This document shows, in pieces, positions 63,439-64,000 of a stretch of DNA of 64,000 nt. This DNA is from Tubulanus polymorphus (taxonomy: Eukaryota > Animalia > Nemertea). A model generated the notes under the pieces. That model had not been told where the DNA came from. It made no database searches and worked only from the letters and a program-made list of their open reading frames with translations. Each line of letters opens with the position of its first letter. The first letter of the stretch is position 1. The stretch covers positions 26,020,299 to 26,084,298 of the forward strand of contig NC_134025.1 in assembly GCF_964204645.1 (NCBI RefSeq), read 5' to 3'. A program made the translations under genes and the position numbers.

Positions 63439-64000
63439 TGTGCATCGCTTGTGGTTTCATTGACGCAAACAATAATTGAGATGACGGAGCAAACGTCAAA
63501 AGGGAGCGTGTAACTCATGATGTGCATTACTAAAAAAAACTTTGTAAAAAAACGCGAGTCTATCCTTGTCAGCGAGAGCAAATTGAAAATTACAACAGGT
63601 AATTCTGTTGGGATTGGGTTATGAGCCGACCGCCGGTTAAATTACGTATATGCGCTTCATATTCGCTTCGGGGTGAAAGATTTTGCAACCAATCTGCGGG
63701 AGCACGATTGCCACGTAGGTGAACTAAATGAAGCAAATCAACTTGGCTGATGAAAGTAAGTGCTCGATGCCATACATGAATGCTTCCATTTACTCAGGGT
63801 ACATACAGTGAGATCACCTTCGCAGATTCTTCTTCCGAAAGGATTTTTCTATTGCTTGAATTTTCTTCAAACTTTTTTTCAATTTTGTTGAAACTTTTAT
63901 CAATTCATTATCAAATCAGTTTAAATTCAACACAAACTAGATGCTTCTTTCTCATGCAAACTGAAATTCTCACTCTCTCTCCCTCTCCTCTATTGATTAG

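Noticed and set aside
894-63581. The many 60-120 aa ORFs in the track outside the six genes
   Set aside because: They are antisense shadows of exons, read-through of short introns, or low-complexity AT-rich frames with no recognisable domains. No transposase, RT, Cas or other prokaryotic-type system is evident.

Overview
This is eukaryotic, AT-rich genomic DNA, most likely from an invertebrate metazoan, with many 60-120 nt GT-AG introns. It contains no prokaryotic features, CRISPR arrays or autonomous transposons. Six protein-coding genes alternate in orientation: a PP2C phosphatase PPM1A/B (+), a proton-coupled peptide transporter SLC15A1/2 (-), a small CTD phosphatase CTDSP/SCP (+), inversin INVS (-), an intronless-CDS GT11 alpha-1,2-fucosyltransferase (+), and the 3' part of a gene with a FERM-MyTH4-FERM tail (-). 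That last gene is probably a MyTH4-FERM myosin whose 5' part lies beyond the window. Small MITE/HINE relics and two decayed tRNA-like sequences are scattered through introns and UTRs. The most interesting signals are isoform switches read from the splice sites. (1) The peptide transporter has a tandemly duplicated, probably mutually exclusive TM11 exon pair that swaps the residue equivalent to substrate-pocket Trp622 of human PepT1 (W to F). (2) A candidate internal promoter and first exon could give a motor-less ('headless') isoform of the MyTH4-FERM gene. (3) An array of phase-0 micro/terminal exons could give PPM1 several different C-terminal tails. All gene models were assembled by eye and need RNA-seq confirmation.
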